The notes beneath the pieces were generated by a model. That model searched no databases and had not been told where the DNA came from. It saw only the letters and a program-made list of their open reading frames with translations. Positions 20,119 through 31,123 of a DNA stretch of 64,000 nucleotides are shown piece after piece (within the stretch, counting starts at the first letter, position 1; every line of letters begins with the position of its first letter). Source of the stretch: an uncultured virus (IMG/VR IMGVR_UViG_3300021306_000185) (lineage: Duplodnaviria > Heunggongvirae > Uroviricota > Caudoviricetes); IMG/VR virus record IMGVR_UViG_3300021306_000185; one strand, given 5' to 3'. Made by a program: the position numbers and the translations under genes.

Positions 20119-20868
20119 ATGGGCGATATTCTCAGCGAGATGCGTAAGCAGCATCCTCAAATTTCGTTCGTAAGGCGAGTAGAGGGAAAACCGATGGGGC
20201 GAGATTCGCTTCTAACGTATTGGGACCATCTGATACAGATAGGTAAGTTGTGCATTCCTGCATTCATCATCGACGACGATAACTCATTCGTCTACAAGAA
20301 CCTCATGTTATGGGCGCTTGCCGACCCTTCGTGCAAGGCAATTGACCCCGAGACCGCAAAAGAGATACCTGCGGACTTGAACAAGGGCATCTTTATCAGC
20401 GGAAAAACTGGCACGGGTAAGAGTGTGGCGCTTGAAGTGCTTCGCGAGTTCGTGAGAGAAGTCAGAGACCGTGGTTTCTACATCAACGGAATCTGCGAGA
20501 ACCTGACGTGGACAAACTTCCGTGCCGATGACATTGTGGACAGATTCTGTGAGGGCGAGAGCCTACGATGGATGAAGAAAGCGGCGATGCTTGGCATTCA
20601 GGACTTGGGCAGCGAACCGACGGAGGCCATCTACATGGGCAATCGCCACGAGTTGCTTCGTCTAATCCTCGAAAGCCGTGCAGACTATAGTACAGTAACC
20701 CTCGTGACATCCAACTTTGCAATGCTAGCACCAGAGCTGCGCAAGAAGTATGGTGACCGTGTGCAGAGCCGATGCCGCGAGATGTTCAACTACTACGTGC
20801 TCGGAGGCGAGGATAGAAGAGTTAACAAGAAAGGAAATCAAGAGGTTACAACTCTAAGCAACCAATGA
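20119..20868 (+). CDS. DnaC/IstB-like helicase-loader ATPase
   Basis: GKTGTGKS, IQDLGSE, TSN and YGDRVQSR motifs. Confidence 0.85.
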   Translation: MGDILSEMRKQHPQISFVRRVEGKPMGRDSLLTYWDHLIQIGKLCIPAFIIDDDNSFVYKNLMLWALADPSCKAIDPETAKEIPADLNKGIFISGKTGTGKSVALEVLREFVREVRDRGFYINGICENLTWTNFRADDIVDRFCEGESLRWMKKAAMLGIQDLGSEPTEAIYMGNRHELLRLILESRADYSTVTLVTSNFAMLAPELRKKYGDRVQSRCREMFNYYVLGGEDRRVNKKGNQEVTTLSNQ

Positions 20869-20889
20869 TTTGACCTTTCAGTCTGATGT

Positions 20890-20921
20890 TTGAGCTCCGC
20901 GGCAGTTGCTGCGGGGCTCAA
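20890..20921 (+). terminator. Hairpin after the replication module
   Basis: TTGAGCTCCGCGGCA/TGCTGCGGGGCTCAA stem. Confidence 0.6.
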
Positions 20922-21328
20922 GATTTACTTCAAGGCGAGTAAATGAGAGCCAGCTATTTGTGATGTTGAAATCAAAAAAGGCCTTCTATTCTTTCGCCAT
21001 TTGGTAGAAAAGTGTTAATTTAGAACTCGGATAATTTTGAATAATAACACGCAATCACAAATAGTGTCTACAAAAATTGTTTGTAACACAATTACTTATC
21101 CGAAATTATCCATGAGAACAAGAGAGTAAGGTGTCAACGAAAATAAACATACTGCAATATCAGTGGTGGACTAAAATCCAAGGTTCTGATATTGACGTTC
21201 CAAAATCCAATGCCATTGTCGGAGGTTGGGACGGTTGCTCGTTGAAACACGTTGTTGTTATCGGATGTCGGCTGAACGTTTTGAGTCGCACTCATGTTAT
21301 CCCTTTTGTAGAGTAAAAAACACGCAGT

Positions 21329-21742
21329 ATGGCTTCGATCCGAGATATATTGGCGTACACTCAACAAAACACGAGGAATAGAATAGTCTTTTGCAAAGAC
21401 GACATCGATGGAATACAATTCGTCAATGTCGGCAGGGAGTTGTCTGCACTCGTGAAAGAGGATACGTCAGTGGAGAATGGTGTTGAGTCGAAATACAAGC
21501 AGGTGCTAAGTCAGATTCGCGTTCATCCAACAATTGGTAAATACATTGCCATCGAAAATGTCGGGATTCTATTCGAGCCTGAGTTGAAGATTGACGTTTA
21601 TGCAATCTTGGATTCGTACTCAAAAGGCCTGTGTTTGTTTGTAAGGTCAGATGCTATGGTGCAAGATGACAAGCTTTATTTTCTATCATCCACCGACAAT
21701 ATTGCAGTGAACCTCAAAGGACTTTCCTATAAATACATATAA
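21329..21742 (+). CDS. brxF: BrxF-like protein lacking an evident P-loop
   Basis: VNVGRELS...IENVGILFEPELKID; first gene before brxC. Confidence 0.6.
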   Translation: MASIRDILAYTQQNTRNRIVFCKDDIDGIQFVNVGRELSALVKEDTSVENGVESKYKQVLSQIRVHPTIGKYIAIENVGILFEPELKIDVYAILDSYSKGLCLFVRSDAMVQDDKLYFLSSTDNIAVNLKGLSYKYI

Positions 21743-21757
21743 AAAGCAACTAACAAC

Positions 21758-24700
21758 ATGAAATATAGAGATCTTATTCAGTTTGAACCGATAAACGAAG
21801 TAGTAAAATTCGATAGGCTACAGGAGAACGATTATCGTCGTTCGCTGGTGAGCGATTTCGTATTTTCAGAGGCTTATGAGAAGAATATAATCCCTACGCT
21901 GTGTAAGAATCTTGATTACACAGCGAGTTACGATACATACGGTCTACAGATAGTGGGTAATTACGGTACAGGTAAATCACACCTGATGTCGTTATTTTCT
22001 CTTGTGGCCGAAGACGAGCAATACTTGGAATTTGTCAAAAGCGACACGGCACGTCAGGTGCTGCGAAATATTGCAGGAAAGTACAAGGTTGTTCGTTTTG
22101 AATTAGGCTCTAACGATGAGCTCTGGCGTATAGTTTGCCATCAAATAGACTTGCAACTCGAAAAATGGGGCGTCGACTACAGCATAGAAAAGGACGACAA
22201 GCCTGATATGTACACCGACAAATTGAACCGCATGATGGCTCAGTTTGAAGAAACGTTCCAGGGTAAAGGCCTGATGATTGTCATCGACGAGATGCTTAGC
22301 TATCTAAAGGGACGTAGCGGCTCGGCTGACTTGAACCGAGACCTCGCCGTGCTACAGGCTTTTGGTCAGATGAGTGACCACAGCAAATTCCGAATGGTGT
22401 TTGGCGTACAGGAGCATATATACAAAGCACCAGAGTTCCAGTTCGCAGCTAATATGTTGCAGAAGGTCAACGACCGTTTCCGTCAGATTGAAATCACCAA
22501 ACAAGACGTGCAGTTTGTGGTGCAACAACGTCTACTTCATAAGAATGATGCGCAGAAAGACATTATTCGCAAGCATCTAAGCAAGTTCACGCAGTATTTT
22601 AGCGACATACATGCCAATTTGGAAAACTACGTGAACCTGTTCCCTGTTAATCCATCGTTCTTTGAGAACTTCCAGCAAATCAAGATTGGCAAGAGTCAGC
22701 GAGAGGTAATGAAGACTCTCACCCGCAAGTTTGAGTCGTTGCTCGATGTAGATGTACCAGAGACAAATCCTGGACTTATCTGCTATGATAGCTATTGGGA
22801 AGATTTGCAGGTAAGCGATATGCAGACCAATCCAGATATTCGTCGAGTGACGGAAATCATGGATATAGTCCATCAGAAGATAGACGAAAACTTCACTGCC
22901 GCACGTGCAAAGAAGGCTCCTCTTGCGCATCGCATTGCCAATGCCTGTGCGGTAAAGATACTTCAAGACAGCCTCGAAAAGACTAATGGTGTAAGCGCGG
23001 AGAATCTTGTCGATGATCTCTGTTATGTTGATGCGACTTGCCTCAGTCGCGAGTTCTTGCTCGACACCATAAATACCGTGGCCAACCAAATAGTCACGGC
23101 CACTGTTGGTCAGTACTTCGAGAAGAACGACAATAATCAGGAATTTCACCTGCGCATCGAGGGCGGCGTTAACTACGAACAGAAGATTAAGGACTTCGTA
23201 GCCACCATGAGTGACGACAACAAGGATAGCCATTTCTTCAACTTCCTAGTGGAATATCTGCCCATCGAAACAGAGCAATATCGACGTGAGTTCAAGATAT
23301 TCTGTCACCGCATAGAGTGGAAGAGTCATAAGATAATGCTTGACGGCTACATATTCATGGGTAATCCAAATGAACGTAGCACAACACAGCCGCAACAGAA
23401 CTTCTACATATACTTCATGCCTATCTTCAATAAGGCGAAGATGAAGCATGACGATGAGCCAGACAGTGTTTACGTTCACCTTGACAAGATAAGTCAAGAG
23501 ATGAAGGATTATGTGGAGCTATACGCTTCTACAGAGGCTCTTATAGCCAGTGTAGATAGTTCGCAGAAGCCGTTCTACGAGGAGTATAAGAAACGATATA
23601 CCGACAAGTTGAAGGCGCTCTTCCAGCGCGACTTCATGCAATGCACAGAAATAGTTTATCAAGGCGAGGCGCAACCTGTTACGCCAGACAAGATGAACGG
23701 TGGCTCTAAAGAGCAGATAATTAGCAATATAGCCAGCACTCTACTCGAAGACTATTTCTGTCAGCAGTTGCCAAACTATCCTAAGTTCACACTTCTTCGT
23801 GCTCCGTTGACTGAAGTGAATCGTGTAAACATTCTCAAAGGAGCACGACGCAAGATTGCCAATCCAGCGACAGTAAACTCTGATGGCGATGCAATACTTG
23901 CAGGTCTATCACTCTTGCAAGACAATCAGCTCAGTGTGGATGCTTGCCAGTATGCAATAAGCATAAAGGAAAAATTGCATAACAAGGGCGAAGGGCAGGT
24001 TCTCAACCGAGACGAGATTTTGCATCGGTTCTTCAAAGAGTGGGATAACGAATGGCGCAGCAACGACTTCGACATCGATTCTGAATACGAGTTCCTTGTG
24101 CTTGCGGCCATGGTTGCGATGGGCGAAATTGAAATTGACTACCCTGGTGGTGTAAGTATCAATGCAACCAATCTTGCTGACATCGAGAATTTTGCGCACG
24201 ACAAGACATATACCTTCTCGCACATCCGCGCACCCAAAGGAATGAATGTGGCGGCAGTGCGTGAGCTCTTCCTTGGCATCACGGGCAAGGACATGACGGC
24301 CCAGCTACAGAATCTGGAGATATATGCCGAACTACTTAGCAATGCCAAGACTATTGCAGCTGACGCAGTAGAGTTAGGTCACAAGGTTGCAAACGGTATA
24401 GAACTTCAAGGACACGAGATACTATCGCCAAGCGAAGGCTTAAAACTCAACAACGACTTCAAAGCTCTGGCTGGCATGTGCGACAAACTTCAGGCCTATG
24501 CTACTCCAACAAAGATGCGCAATCTGCCTTGGCCTACCAACGAGATAAAGGAGAAGTGCGCACTGATTCGCAAGAAGGACGAAATAAAGAAGAAACTCTC
24601 GATAGTCTCGGAATTCAGTTCTCGCTTCAGCTACTTGAATCAGGCTAAGCAGTACATGACGAGCGAAGAGATGAAGCAATCTGTTGACTCTGCCATACAG

Positions 24701-25435
24701 AAGATAAACGGCGTAATAGCCGAGATGAACGACGAGCAGAAGGTGAGCGCTTATAAGGCTGAGCTTGATGCCATCATGAGCAATTATGCCGACTGGTATC
24801 TCTCGGAATACAACCGACTGCATATCACTGCTATACAAAATGCAGAGAAGAACAAGCTACTCAATAGCAACGAAAAGAAGGTATGCGAAACCATCTGTAG
24901 AGCAGACCAAAGCAATGGCTACTTCTCTATGGCCACACAGTATAGCGAATGGGAGAGGAAGATTCAGTCGCTCACTATGAGTAGCCCGAATGTCAACAAA
25001 GACGCAGTGCTTCGTGTGCCTTATCAGGGATTCAACCCTATGTCTTTTGTTGGTAAGCAATTGCCCGACCTTGGCGATTTGAAGGTCGAACTTGAAGCAA
25101 TATATGCCAATGCCGAAGAAACACTCCATGTCATACTCAGGGACGAAGACTTACTGAAGAACAAGGAGATTCTCGACGACAGCGAGCAGGGATTACTGAA
25201 CCGCTTCAACAATGGAGACGAGGAGTTGTCGCCTACGAATGCTGAACGATTGGTTAGCATTGTCGGCAAACTACATCAAGGTATCAACAAGATAACAATT
25301 GGGGTAGATGATATTCGTCGCAATGTATTCAATCGGCCGATGACACCAAACGAAGCACTCAAAGCATTCCGTGGTTATATTGATCAACTAACGAATGGTA
25401 GCAAAGCCGACAATGTGCGCATCATCTTCAAGTAA
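21758..25435 (+). CDS. brxC: BREX BrxC/PglY-type ATPase (DUF6079-like)
   Basis: GNYGTGKSH Walker A, VIDE Walker B, 1225 aa, operon context. Confidence 0.85.
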   Translation: MKYRDLIQFEPINEVVKFDRLQENDYRRSLVSDFVFSEAYEKNIIPTLCKNLDYTASYDTYGLQIVGNYGTGKSHLMSLFSLVAEDEQYLEFVKSDTARQVLRNIAGKYKVVRFELGSNDELWRIVCHQIDLQLEKWGVDYSIEKDDKPDMYTDKLNRMMAQFEETFQGKGLMIVIDEMLSYLKGRSGSADLNRDLAVLQAFGQMSDHSKFRMVFGVQEHIYKAPEFQFAANMLQKVNDRFRQIEITKQDVQFVVQQRLLHKNDAQKDIIRKHLSKFTQYFSDIHANLENYVNLFPVNPSFFENFQQIKIGKSQREVMKTLTRKFESLLDVDVPETNPGLICYDSYWEDLQVSDMQTNPDIRRVTEIMDIVHQKIDENFTAARAKKAPLAHRIANACAVKILQDSLEKTNGVSAENLVDDLCYVDATCLSREFLLDTINTVANQIVTATVGQYFEKNDNNQEFHLRIEGGVNYEQKIKDFVATMSDDNKDSHFFNFLVEYLPIETEQYRREFKIFCHRIEWKSHKIMLDGYIFMGNPNERSTTQPQQNFYIYFMPIFNKAKMKHDDEPDSVYVHLDKISQEMKDYVELYASTEALIASVDSSQKPFYEEYKKRYTDKLKALFQRDFMQCTEIVYQGEAQPVTPDKMNGGSKEQIISNIASTLLEDYFCQQLPNYPKFTLLRAPLTEVNRVNILKGARRKIANPATVNSDGDAILAGLSLLQDNQLSVDACQYAISIKEKLHNKGEGQVLNRDEILHRFFKEWDNEWRSNDFDIDSEYEFLVLAAMVAMGEIEIDYPGGVSINATNLADIENFAHDKTYTFSHIRAPKGMNVAAVRELFLGITGKDMTAQLQNLEIYAELLSNAKTIAADAVELGHKVANGIELQGHEILSPSEGLKLNNDFKALAGMCDKLQAYATPTKMRNLPWPTNEIKEKCALIRKKDEIKKKLSIVSEFSSRFSYLNQAKQYMTSEEMKQSVDSAIQKINGVIAEMNDEQKVSAYKAELDAIMSNYADWYLSEYNRLHITAIQNAEKNKLLNSNEKKVCETICRADQSNGYFSMATQYSEWERKIQSLTMSSPNVNKDAVLRVPYQGFNPMSFVGKQLPDLGDLKVELEAIYANAEETLHVILRDEDLLKNKEILDDSEQGLLNRFNNGDEELSPTNAERLVSIVGKLHQGINKITIGVDDIRRNVFNRPMTPNEALKAFRGYIDQLTNGSKADNVRIIFK

Positions 25436-25441
25436 ATAACT

Positions 25442-28162
25442 ATGGCAAAACAAGATAGCAATAACAACTCGCTGTTCTCTACCGAGGAACTTGACAAGTT
25501 GGTTGACAATTCACTTCTCAACAATGCCGAAGTAACTTGTCTTGGCCATACATTCCCAAACGATGATGCACGCCGAGAATACTTTCGCGATGAGCTGCGC
25601 AAGAAATTGCCAGAGTTGCGGAAGATAGAAGGATTCCCTATTGGCAACGATGACGACATAATAAATCTCTCCGACCCGCCATACTACACGGCCTGCCCTA
25701 ACCCATGGCTGAACGACTTTATTGCACAATGGGAAGAGGAAAAAAAACAACTTGAAGCCGAGGGCAAACGCAAGGCCGATTTTGAGGTGAAAGAACCGTA
25801 TGCAAGTGATGTAAGCGAGGGGAAAAACAATCCTGTATATACCGCCCACACGTACCATACCAAGGTGCCGCACCCTGCCATAATGCGTTATATACTACAG
25901 TATACTCAACCTGGAGACATTGTGCTTGATGGCTTTGCAGGCACAGGAATGACTGGTGTTGCCGCAGCAGCTTGCTCCAATGAAAATGATGAAATAGCTA
26001 AGCGCATCAATATTGAGTGGGAAAAACAGTTCGGACGCAAGCCCATTTGGGGAACACGCCATGCTATTATTGGCGACCTCTCGCCCTATGCCACCAATAT
26101 CGCTTATTTTTACAACACACCAGTAAATGTTTCGCTACTCAAAGCTGAGGTTGAGCGTATTCAGAAAGAGATGGAGGATGAATGCGGATGGATGTACACT
26201 ACAACGAATAGCAAAGGAGAACCCAATGGGAAGATTAGTTTTGTAGTGTGGAGTGACATCTTTATTTGTCCTGAATGTGGGAAGGAGTATGTGTTTTGGC
26301 ATCAAGCTGTAGATCATGAGCACAAATGTATGCTTGATGAGTTTGTATGTCCTCATTGTAATGCTATGCAGTCTAAGAAAACTGCAAGAGCTGCCATAGA
26401 GACATATTTTGATGATGCTTTGCAGAAAACTACACAAAGAGTGAAGCAGGTGCCTGTGATAGTAGTTGGCAAGGCTGGAAAAGAAAAGATTCAGAGAACT
26501 CCCACCGATTTCGACTTTGACGTACTGAAACGTATCGAAGAAACTAAAATTGATATTTTCTACCCAACCTACACTCTACCAGAGGGACAAGAGACGCAAA
26601 GAAACACCGATAGGGGAATCTATTATGCCCACCAATTCTACACAAAGCGTAACCTTATAGTCCTAGCTAAACTCTACGATAAAATTGAAAAGTCAAAGAT
26701 GCCACACGCATTACGTTTTATGTTCACGGCAATGATTAACCGTTCGACGTGTATGAACCGTGTGCATATAAATTACTATTTCAATGGTGGTGGCGGTTGG
26801 AATGCTGGATTTTTGAAAGGAACGCTTTATGTGCCGAATGCACCCACCGAAACTTCTGTATTGGAGCAAATAGGTGATAAATACAGCGCTATGGTACGTA
26901 CCGCAGAATTTCTTGCAAAGGAGCGTCCAAATGCACTTTATGTTGGCTCTGCCGATTCACTTCAGTTGTCCGACGACAGCGTTGACTATATATTTACAGA
27001 CCCGCCATTCGGCGCAAATATCTATTATTCAGAGCTAAACTCACTTCCCGAGCCGTGGCTGCGAGTAGTAACAAACAATAGCCACGAAGCCATTGAAAAT
27101 CCTGCACAAGGTAAAGATGCACGGCATTATCGTGAAACTATCAGTCAGTGTTTCTATGAGTATTGGAGAGTACTGAAACCTGGCAAATGGATGACAGTTG
27201 AGTTTAGTAACACAAATGCCATTGTATGGAATTCAATACAGTCGGCTTTGCAATACGCAGGATTTATAGTTGCCAACGTATCAGCTCTTGATAAAAGACA
27301 AGGCTCATTCAACGCGGTAACAACCACAACAGCCGTGAAGCAAGACCTTGTTATCACTTGCTATAAGCCATCAGAAGAGTTGTCTGCGCAATTTGAGATA
27401 CAGATGAACAGGCCTGATGTAGTATGGGATTTCATTCAGCAACATTTGGAGCATCTGGCCATCCATATAGAAAGAGAAAATAAGACAACTACTGTGGTCG
27501 AGCGCAGTCCGAAGATATTATACGACCGCCTAATTAGTTACTATGTGGTGCATGGTATGCCAGTGCCAATGGATGCACAGGAATTTCAAAAAGGCCTGCG
27601 TGAACGCTACATCGAGCGGGACGGTATGTTCTTCACTGCTGCGCAAGCAGCGGAATACGAAGAAAAGAAGAAGAATACAGACGGAATGGCCGTATTGGCT
27701 CTGTTTATCGGCAGTGAGGAGGAAGGCATCAATTGGCTAAAGAACGAGCTCAAAGTCAATGGAGCGCAGACCTATCAGGAGTTGCAGCCCAAGTGGATGA
27801 AAGCCCTCGTAGCAACCCGCAAGGGAGATATTCTGCCAGAGCTGAAGACCATACTCGAAGAAAACTTCATAGAGATGGAAGATGGCAAGTGGCGCTTGCC
27901 AGATGTTCACGATAACGTTGATAAGGAAGTCCTACGCAACAAAGCTCTGCTCCGAGAGTTCAAGGTGTACGTAGAAGCAGCAAACAAGAAAGGCCGAATA
28001 AAAGAGGCTCGCGTAGAGGCTCTACGAGCAGGCTTCCAACAGTGCTACAGCGACCACGACTTTCAGACGATAGTTGCCGTAGGCGATAAGATACCGCAGA
28101 ACCTCCGAGATGAGGATGAGGTGCTGCTCATGCTCTACGATATAGCGATGAATAAGATATAA
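25442..28162 (+). CDS. pglXI: BREX type 3 DNA methyltransferase PglXI-like
   Basis: YHTKVP, DGFAGTG, DPPF, two CxxC; BREX context. Confidence 0.85.
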   Translation: MAKQDSNNNSLFSTEELDKLVDNSLLNNAEVTCLGHTFPNDDARREYFRDELRKKLPELRKIEGFPIGNDDDIINLSDPPYYTACPNPWLNDFIAQWEEEKKQLEAEGKRKADFEVKEPYASDVSEGKNNPVYTAHTYHTKVPHPAIMRYILQYTQPGDIVLDGFAGTGMTGVAAAACSNENDEIAKRINIEWEKQFGRKPIWGTRHAIIGDLSPYATNIAYFYNTPVNVSLLKAEVERIQKEMEDECGWMYTTTNSKGEPNGKISFVVWSDIFICPECGKEYVFWHQAVDHEHKCMLDEFVCPHCNAMQSKKTARAAIETYFDDALQKTTQRVKQVPVIVVGKAGKEKIQRTPTDFDFDVLKRIEETKIDIFYPTYTLPEGQETQRNTDRGIYYAHQFYTKRNLIVLAKLYDKIEKSKMPHALRFMFTAMINRSTCMNRVHINYYFNGGGGWNAGFLKGTLYVPNAPTETSVLEQIGDKYSAMVRTAEFLAKERPNALYVGSADSLQLSDDSVDYIFTDPPFGANIYYSELNSLPEPWLRVVTNNSHEAIENPAQGKDARHYRETISQCFYEYWRVLKPGKWMTVEFSNTNAIVWNSIQSALQYAGFIVANVSALDKRQGSFNAVTTTTAVKQDLVITCYKPSEELSAQFEIQMNRPDVVWDFIQQHLEHLAIHIERENKTTTVVERSPKILYDRLISYYVVHGMPVPMDAQEFQKGLRERYIERDGMFFTAAQAAEYEEKKKNTDGMAVLALFIGSEEEGINWLKNELKVNGAQTYQELQPKWMKALVATRKGDILPELKTILEENFIEMEDGKWRLPDVHDNVDKEVLRNKALLREFKVYVEAANKKGRIKEARVEALRAGFQQCYSDHDFQTIVAVGDKIPQNLRDEDEVLLMLYDIAMNKI

Positions 28163-28181
28163 TAGGCCGAAAGCATTAGAT

Positions 28182-29186
28182 ATGACAAAGGATTTGACTA
28201 CGTCTGCTATAGACAGACAAAACATATTGAACAACGCCATTGCCCTACCCAAGATACAGGAATCTCTGGATGTAAAGTTCTATGAGTTTCAGGGGAAGTA
28301 TGTGATAACCAGGCAACAAGTGGCCGATTTTTATGAGGTCGATGTGCGCACAATAGACAGGTGCATCAAGGCTAACGAAGAGGAAATAATGAGCAATGGT
28401 TACTTTTTATGTAAGGGTAACGCATTGAAAGAGTTTAAGTTACGTTTTGGTAGCGACATCGATGTCGCTACCAAAACTACTCTGTTAGGACTCTTCGATT
28501 TTAGAGCTTTTCTCAATGTAGGTATGCTACTTACCGACAGCGAAAAGGCCAAGATGTTGCGCAGCAAGATACTCGACATAGTCCTGTATTCCATCTACGA
28601 AAAGACAGGAGGTAACACAAAGTATATAAATCGACGTGACAGTGGTTATCTTGCTTCTGCTATAATAGAAGAAAATTACCACAAGAATCTTACTGATGCC
28701 ATCAACAAATACGTCGAAGGCCATAAGACATTTAAGTATGCTCAAGTAACAGACTTGATATACAAAGCTGTATTCTGCGAGAAAGCCAAGGAGTATAAAC
28801 AACTGCTCGCCTTAACCAAGAAGGACAATATTAGGCACACGCTTTACTCAGAGGTTCTCACAGCTGTTTCTGCTTTCGAGAATGGTGCAGCCGATGAAAT
28901 TACACGTCGTGCCCAAGAGTTGGGGAGGTCATTGAGCATAGCACAAGTAGGCGAAATAGTAGAGCAGTTGGCCGCCATGCCGTTTGGAAAGCCTATTGTC
29001 GAGGATGCTCGCGTCAAGATGGCATCGCGTGATAATGCGCTTAGAAACGTATATCATGGTAATTTGGCAGCCTATATACGTGCTGTTATGCCAGAAGAGT
29101 ATCAGAAATTCTTAGGTGATACGTCGAACGACTTCGACAGACTGCTCGAAGAGAATAAAGACGTGCTTGACCACTTGAAGCAATAA
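28182..29186 (+). CDS. Putative DNA-binding protein paired with Doc
   Basis: TRQQVADFYEVDVRTIDR HTH-like segment; RAFLNVGMLLTDSE. Confidence 0.7.
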   Translation: MTKDLTTSAIDRQNILNNAIALPKIQESLDVKFYEFQGKYVITRQQVADFYEVDVRTIDRCIKANEEEIMSNGYFLCKGNALKEFKLRFGSDIDVATKTTLLGLFDFRAFLNVGMLLTDSEKAKMLRSKILDIVLYSIYEKTGGNTKYINRRDSGYLASAIIEENYHKNLTDAINKYVEGHKTFKYAQVTDLIYKAVFCEKAKEYKQLLALTKKDNIRHTLYSEVLTAVSAFENGAADEITRRAQELGRSLSIAQVGEIVEQLAAMPFGKPIVEDARVKMASRDNALRNVYHGNLAAYIRAVMPEEYQKFLGDTSNDFDRLLEENKDVLDHLKQ

Positions 29187-29663
29187 ATGAGAACCGCCAT
29201 GGGAATAGAATACATAGACTATGAGCAGGCTCTCAAAATCTACGCGAAAACAGTAGAAAAGAGTGGTGGAGGCTTAGCAGGAGTGCGTGACGTTGGAGGC
29301 ATACAATTAGTATTGGATATGGTGCAAAACGACGTGTACTATCCTGAAATTGCTGACAAAGCTGCATATATGATGTTTAGCCTATGCAGAGGTCACTACT
29401 TTGAGGACTGCAACAAGCGCATATCAATCACACTGACGATGTACTTCCTACTGCAAAATGGTTACTTGCTGGCAGCCCAAAGTTTCATGAAGGACACCGA
29501 AGAACTGGTGCTTGACCTTGCTGCAGGTTGCTTAGAGAAAGAAGTGCTGACGGCCATAATACAAAGCCTTATAGACGGAACAGAATACGAGGAATGGGTA
29601 AAGGTGGCCATCAATAATGGACGTGAACGACGCCTTGAAATAGAGAAACAATTCAAGGACTGA
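29187..29663 (+). CDS. doc: Fic/Doc family protein
   Basis: HYFEDCNKR variant of the Fic motif. Confidence 0.85.
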   Translation: MRTAMGIEYIDYEQALKIYAKTVEKSGGGLAGVRDVGGIQLVLDMVQNDVYYPEIADKAAYMMFSLCRGHYFEDCNKRISITLTMYFLLQNGYLLAAQSFMKDTEELVLDLAAGCLEKEVLTAIIQSLIDGTEYEEWVKVAINNGRERRLEIEKQFKD

Positions 29664-31123
29664 TGAGCGATCTGATAAAGAAAGTAGCACAACGGATTAC
29701 GGTAGACTACTGCAATCTGAGCATTGTGGAGAATCCCGACGGATTTCTCTCACAAGATGTGGTGCGCGCACTTTTACTTCAGGATTGTGGCATAGAAGTC
29801 GTTGTCGGCAGTAATCTGCAACTGCGCATACACTACGAATTGCACTATAAAGTTTCTACTGGGAGACGCTACGTATATATCTGCAAATCGAAAGACACAA
29901 TACTTGCTGACATGAAGCGGAGTGCACACGTAGTAGATTTTTCCATCAGTGATGTCTTCCCGTTGTTTGCAGACAAAGCCCTACTGAAAAAGCAACCATT
30001 TGAAGTCCTTGATATACTACACAGTCAAATAGACATCAGAAAGGTCAGTTTACAGGAATGTACACTACTCGTTCAAGCAATTGCCAAAGATCTTGCAGAC
30101 AAGAAACGCAAATCGGCAGATTATTTGGCGAAGCAACTTGCTGACATTGAATTAGATTGGAATAAGGCAACTACTATCTCTTTAGTTTCACAGGTTCTGG
30201 CTAAAGCAATCAAAGAAGGTGTCTACGAAGGCATAGAAAATAAGATTGACGAGATAAATGAGTCTTTCCAAAATTGGGTAGACAAAGAATACTTTGCGAC
30301 ACTTCAGAGTAATGCGCTGCTAAAAGCCAAGAGCGTTAATAAGATACTTCCACACATAGCAGCAAACAGAGAAGGAGACGAAAAGATCGCCTTACTTGTT
30401 GTTGATGGCTTTGCATACTGGCAATACGTCATACTGAAGGAATACTTGGGCAGAGAGACAATCAACATAGAAGACGGTTGCACATTGGCTTGGATGCCGA
30501 GCATCACGATGTTATCAAGGCAAGCCATTTTCCGCGGAGCTGTTCCACAACAAGACTACAAACAAAGTCCAGAGAATGAAAAGAAACTCTGGGTGGACTT
30601 CTGGCGCTCACAAGGCTTAGGAAGTTATGATGTTCAATATATTAGCGACAAAGATGAGTTTGCCATAAACGAGGGCATAAAATGTCTGGCAGTGGTGACC
30701 GTCAAGATGGACGAGAAGATGCATTCGTCGTCTGACTACAAAGACTTGTATTCATTGACAGAGAACTGGTGTCCAAGAATTGTAGAGCAGATTATAACTA
30801 TTGTGAATGCTGGCTATAAACTATATCTGACGTCAGACCATGGTAGTGTGCTTTCATACGGATGGCGAACACTGAGCCAGGTTGAGAAAGTATTCTTATA
30901 TAAAGACGGGAGTCGTGGAGCTAGGCATCTCATATATAACAACAAGGAAGAACAGGAGCGTTTCTTCCAAGAGAATCAAGATATACGTATGATAAAGCAT
31001 GACAATTGGATGTCAATACGCGACAACCATTGTTTTGTCAATGACAGAACAACAATGTTAACACATGGTGGTAGTCATTTTCTCGAAATGATTGTACCAT
31101 TGATAAAGATAGGGAGACTATAA
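29663..31123 (+). CDS. pglZ: PglZ alkaline-phosphatase-superfamily protein
   Basis: VVDG, PSIT..SR.AIF, TSDHG and THGG motifs. Confidence 0.9.
   Translation: MSDLIKKVAQRITVDYCNLSIVENPDGFLSQDVVRALLLQDCGIEVVVGSNLQLRIHYELHYKVSTGRRYVYICKSKDTILADMKRSAHVVDFSISDVFPLFADKALLKKQPFEVLDILHSQIDIRKVSLQECTLLVQAIAKDLADKKRKSADYLAKQLADIELDWNKATTISLVSQVLAKAIKEGVYEGIENKIDEINESFQNWVDKEYFATLQSNALLKAKSVNKILPHIAANREGDEKIALLVVDGFAYWQYVILKEYLGRETINIEDGCTLAWMPSITMLSRQAIFRGAVPQQDYKQSPENEKKLWVDFWRSQGLGSYDVQYISDKDEFAINEGIKCLAVVTVKMDEKMHSSSDYKDLYSLTENWCPRIVEQIITIVNAGYKLYLTSDHGSVLSYGWRTLSQVEKVFLYKDGSRGARHLIYNNKEEQERFFQENQDIRMIKHDNWMSIRDNHCFVNDRTTMLTHGGSHFLEMIVPLIKIGRL

Noticed and set aside
21131..21316. Short ORF upstream of brxF
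   Set aside because: GTG start, no motif, no supporting evidence
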